Assembly: GCF_009914755.1 (NCBI RefSeq) | Contig: NC_060943.1 | Reading direction: 5' to 3' (one strand) | DNA: 64,000 nt | DNA from: the human T2T-CHM13v2.0 reference genome, Homo sapiens | Shown: positions 62,764 to 64,000 of the stretch, piece after piece | Numbering within the stretch: the stretch's first letter is position 1 | Layout of the letters: each line of letters opens with the position of its first letter | Notes under the pieces: generated by a model | Told to the model about the DNA's origin: nothing | Databases searched by the model: none | What the model saw: the letters and a program-made list of their open reading frames with translations, nothing else | Made by a program: the position numbers and the translations under genes

Positions 62764-63515
62764 TCAAAAAACAAAGACAAAACAAACAAACAAAAAAACC
62801 TGCTGTGATTTGCTCACACCTAACAAAATAAGCAGTAATTCCCAGATATCATGAAAAGCCTAGTCCATGTTCAGATTTTTCTGATCGTTCCTAAAACATC
62901 CGGCTTTCCTCCCTTGCACCAAAGCTTTGCTGGCCCCTAATGCTTGCCCATTAAGGGTTCCTAGCTGGTTCCAACATTAGGGGCGCAATCGGGGCAGGTC
63001 ATGTTCTACGGGGTGGGGGTGGAAGGTGCCGCTTTCTTGCTCAACCAACAGGCAACAAAAGCCTGTCCGATACCATCCTGGGGATCAAGACACCCCTAAA
63101 ACCAGGTTCTAACCCACCTATGTTAGATCCAAATGTGAATCTCTGACACCTGGGCCGTAGGGAACCCTCAAAGGGTTTGGAATAGGGAAGGCGGGGAGCG
63201 GGGTGGAGTGGGGGGGGAGGTAAGACAGTGAGAAAGGTGGGCCACCTAGGGGCTATTTCTGGAATAACAATAGGTCGCATTTATCCAAGGTTCCCAGGGT
63301 GCCAGGCGCTGTCCCAACCACTTAATTTATTTTAACTTGCTTAACCCTCAAAGTCAGTTTGAGGTCAGTACTCTTTTCGGAGAGATGGGTACGGAGTCCT
63401 GGAGAGGTTAAGCACCACGACAGAGCCGAGATTTTAAGCACTCGGTCAGGGAGTTGGGCAAATGTGGCCTGCAGATCATGTTTCCTTACCCGCGCTTTTT
63501 CTCCTCCCTGCATAG

Positions 63516-63702
63516 CCGCCACGTGTCCTAAGCACAGCAGCTACCAGCAACGCTTGGACCCGCGCCGGGTGCAGCTCTGCGTCCCCGCGGCCGCCCTGCC
63601 TGCTCCGAGGGCTGCGCCAACGATAACGCGCACCTGTGGGCAGGGGCCAGGTGCCGGCACCCGAAGGAGTGCGGCTCGGCGCACGGCGGCCCCTCCTACC
63701 AG
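63516..63702 (+). pseudogene. Relic exon: TIL domain, frameshifted
   Basis: ATCPKHSSYQ.../CSEGCANDNAHLWAGARCRHPKECG...SYQ; catag acceptor, gtgagc donor. Confidence 0.78.
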
Positions 63703-64000
63703 GTGAGCTGGGGGCAGGGTCTTGCTGTTGTGAGGGGGTCGGCCCATCATGGGGGTCAGGGAGCCCCCAAAACATGCCAGGGATGGGCGCCCAATCCGGG
63801 ACACCTATATTCAATTGTGCGGATGGCACATTGTGGGTTCACAATGTGTTGACCTGCTTTATTATTGATGATTCCAATACTGCTACTAGTTACTAAGGTC
63901 ATTCCCTGTGTGCTAAGTGCTTAATAATATTATTATTGGCTGGGTGCGGTGGCTCACGCCTGTAATCTGAGCGCTTTGGGAGGCCGAGGCCGGCGGATCA

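Overview
This is human (primate) genomic DNA, recognisable as the chr19q13.1 SCN1B-HPN locus, with all genes on the + strand. It holds the complete SCN1B gene (CDS 3439-12319, plus the intron-3-retained beta1B form) and, about 70 bp past its polyA signal, the complete HPN (hepsin) gene (417-aa CDS, 15125-38883). The most interesting element lies in the region after HPN. From about 46750 to past the window end there is a large multi-exon, intron-containing gene relic. It has a TATA box, a perfect Kozak ATG, a signal peptide, and an alpha-tectorin-like NIDO-VWC-(VWD-C8-TIL)n architecture with a GDPH motif. At least 5 nonsense codons, 3 frameshifts, one dead splice donor and a truncated exon disable it, so it is a candidate unitary pseudogene of a lost secreted tectorin/FCGBP/mucin-like matrix protein. 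The window is dense in Alu, MIR, L1, L2 and LTR sequence. Notable repeats include an antisense solo HERV-H LTR7 just 3' of HPN, a MER41 LTR, and several unusual local duplications. Repeat subfamily names and homolog comparisons come from memory and were not searched.
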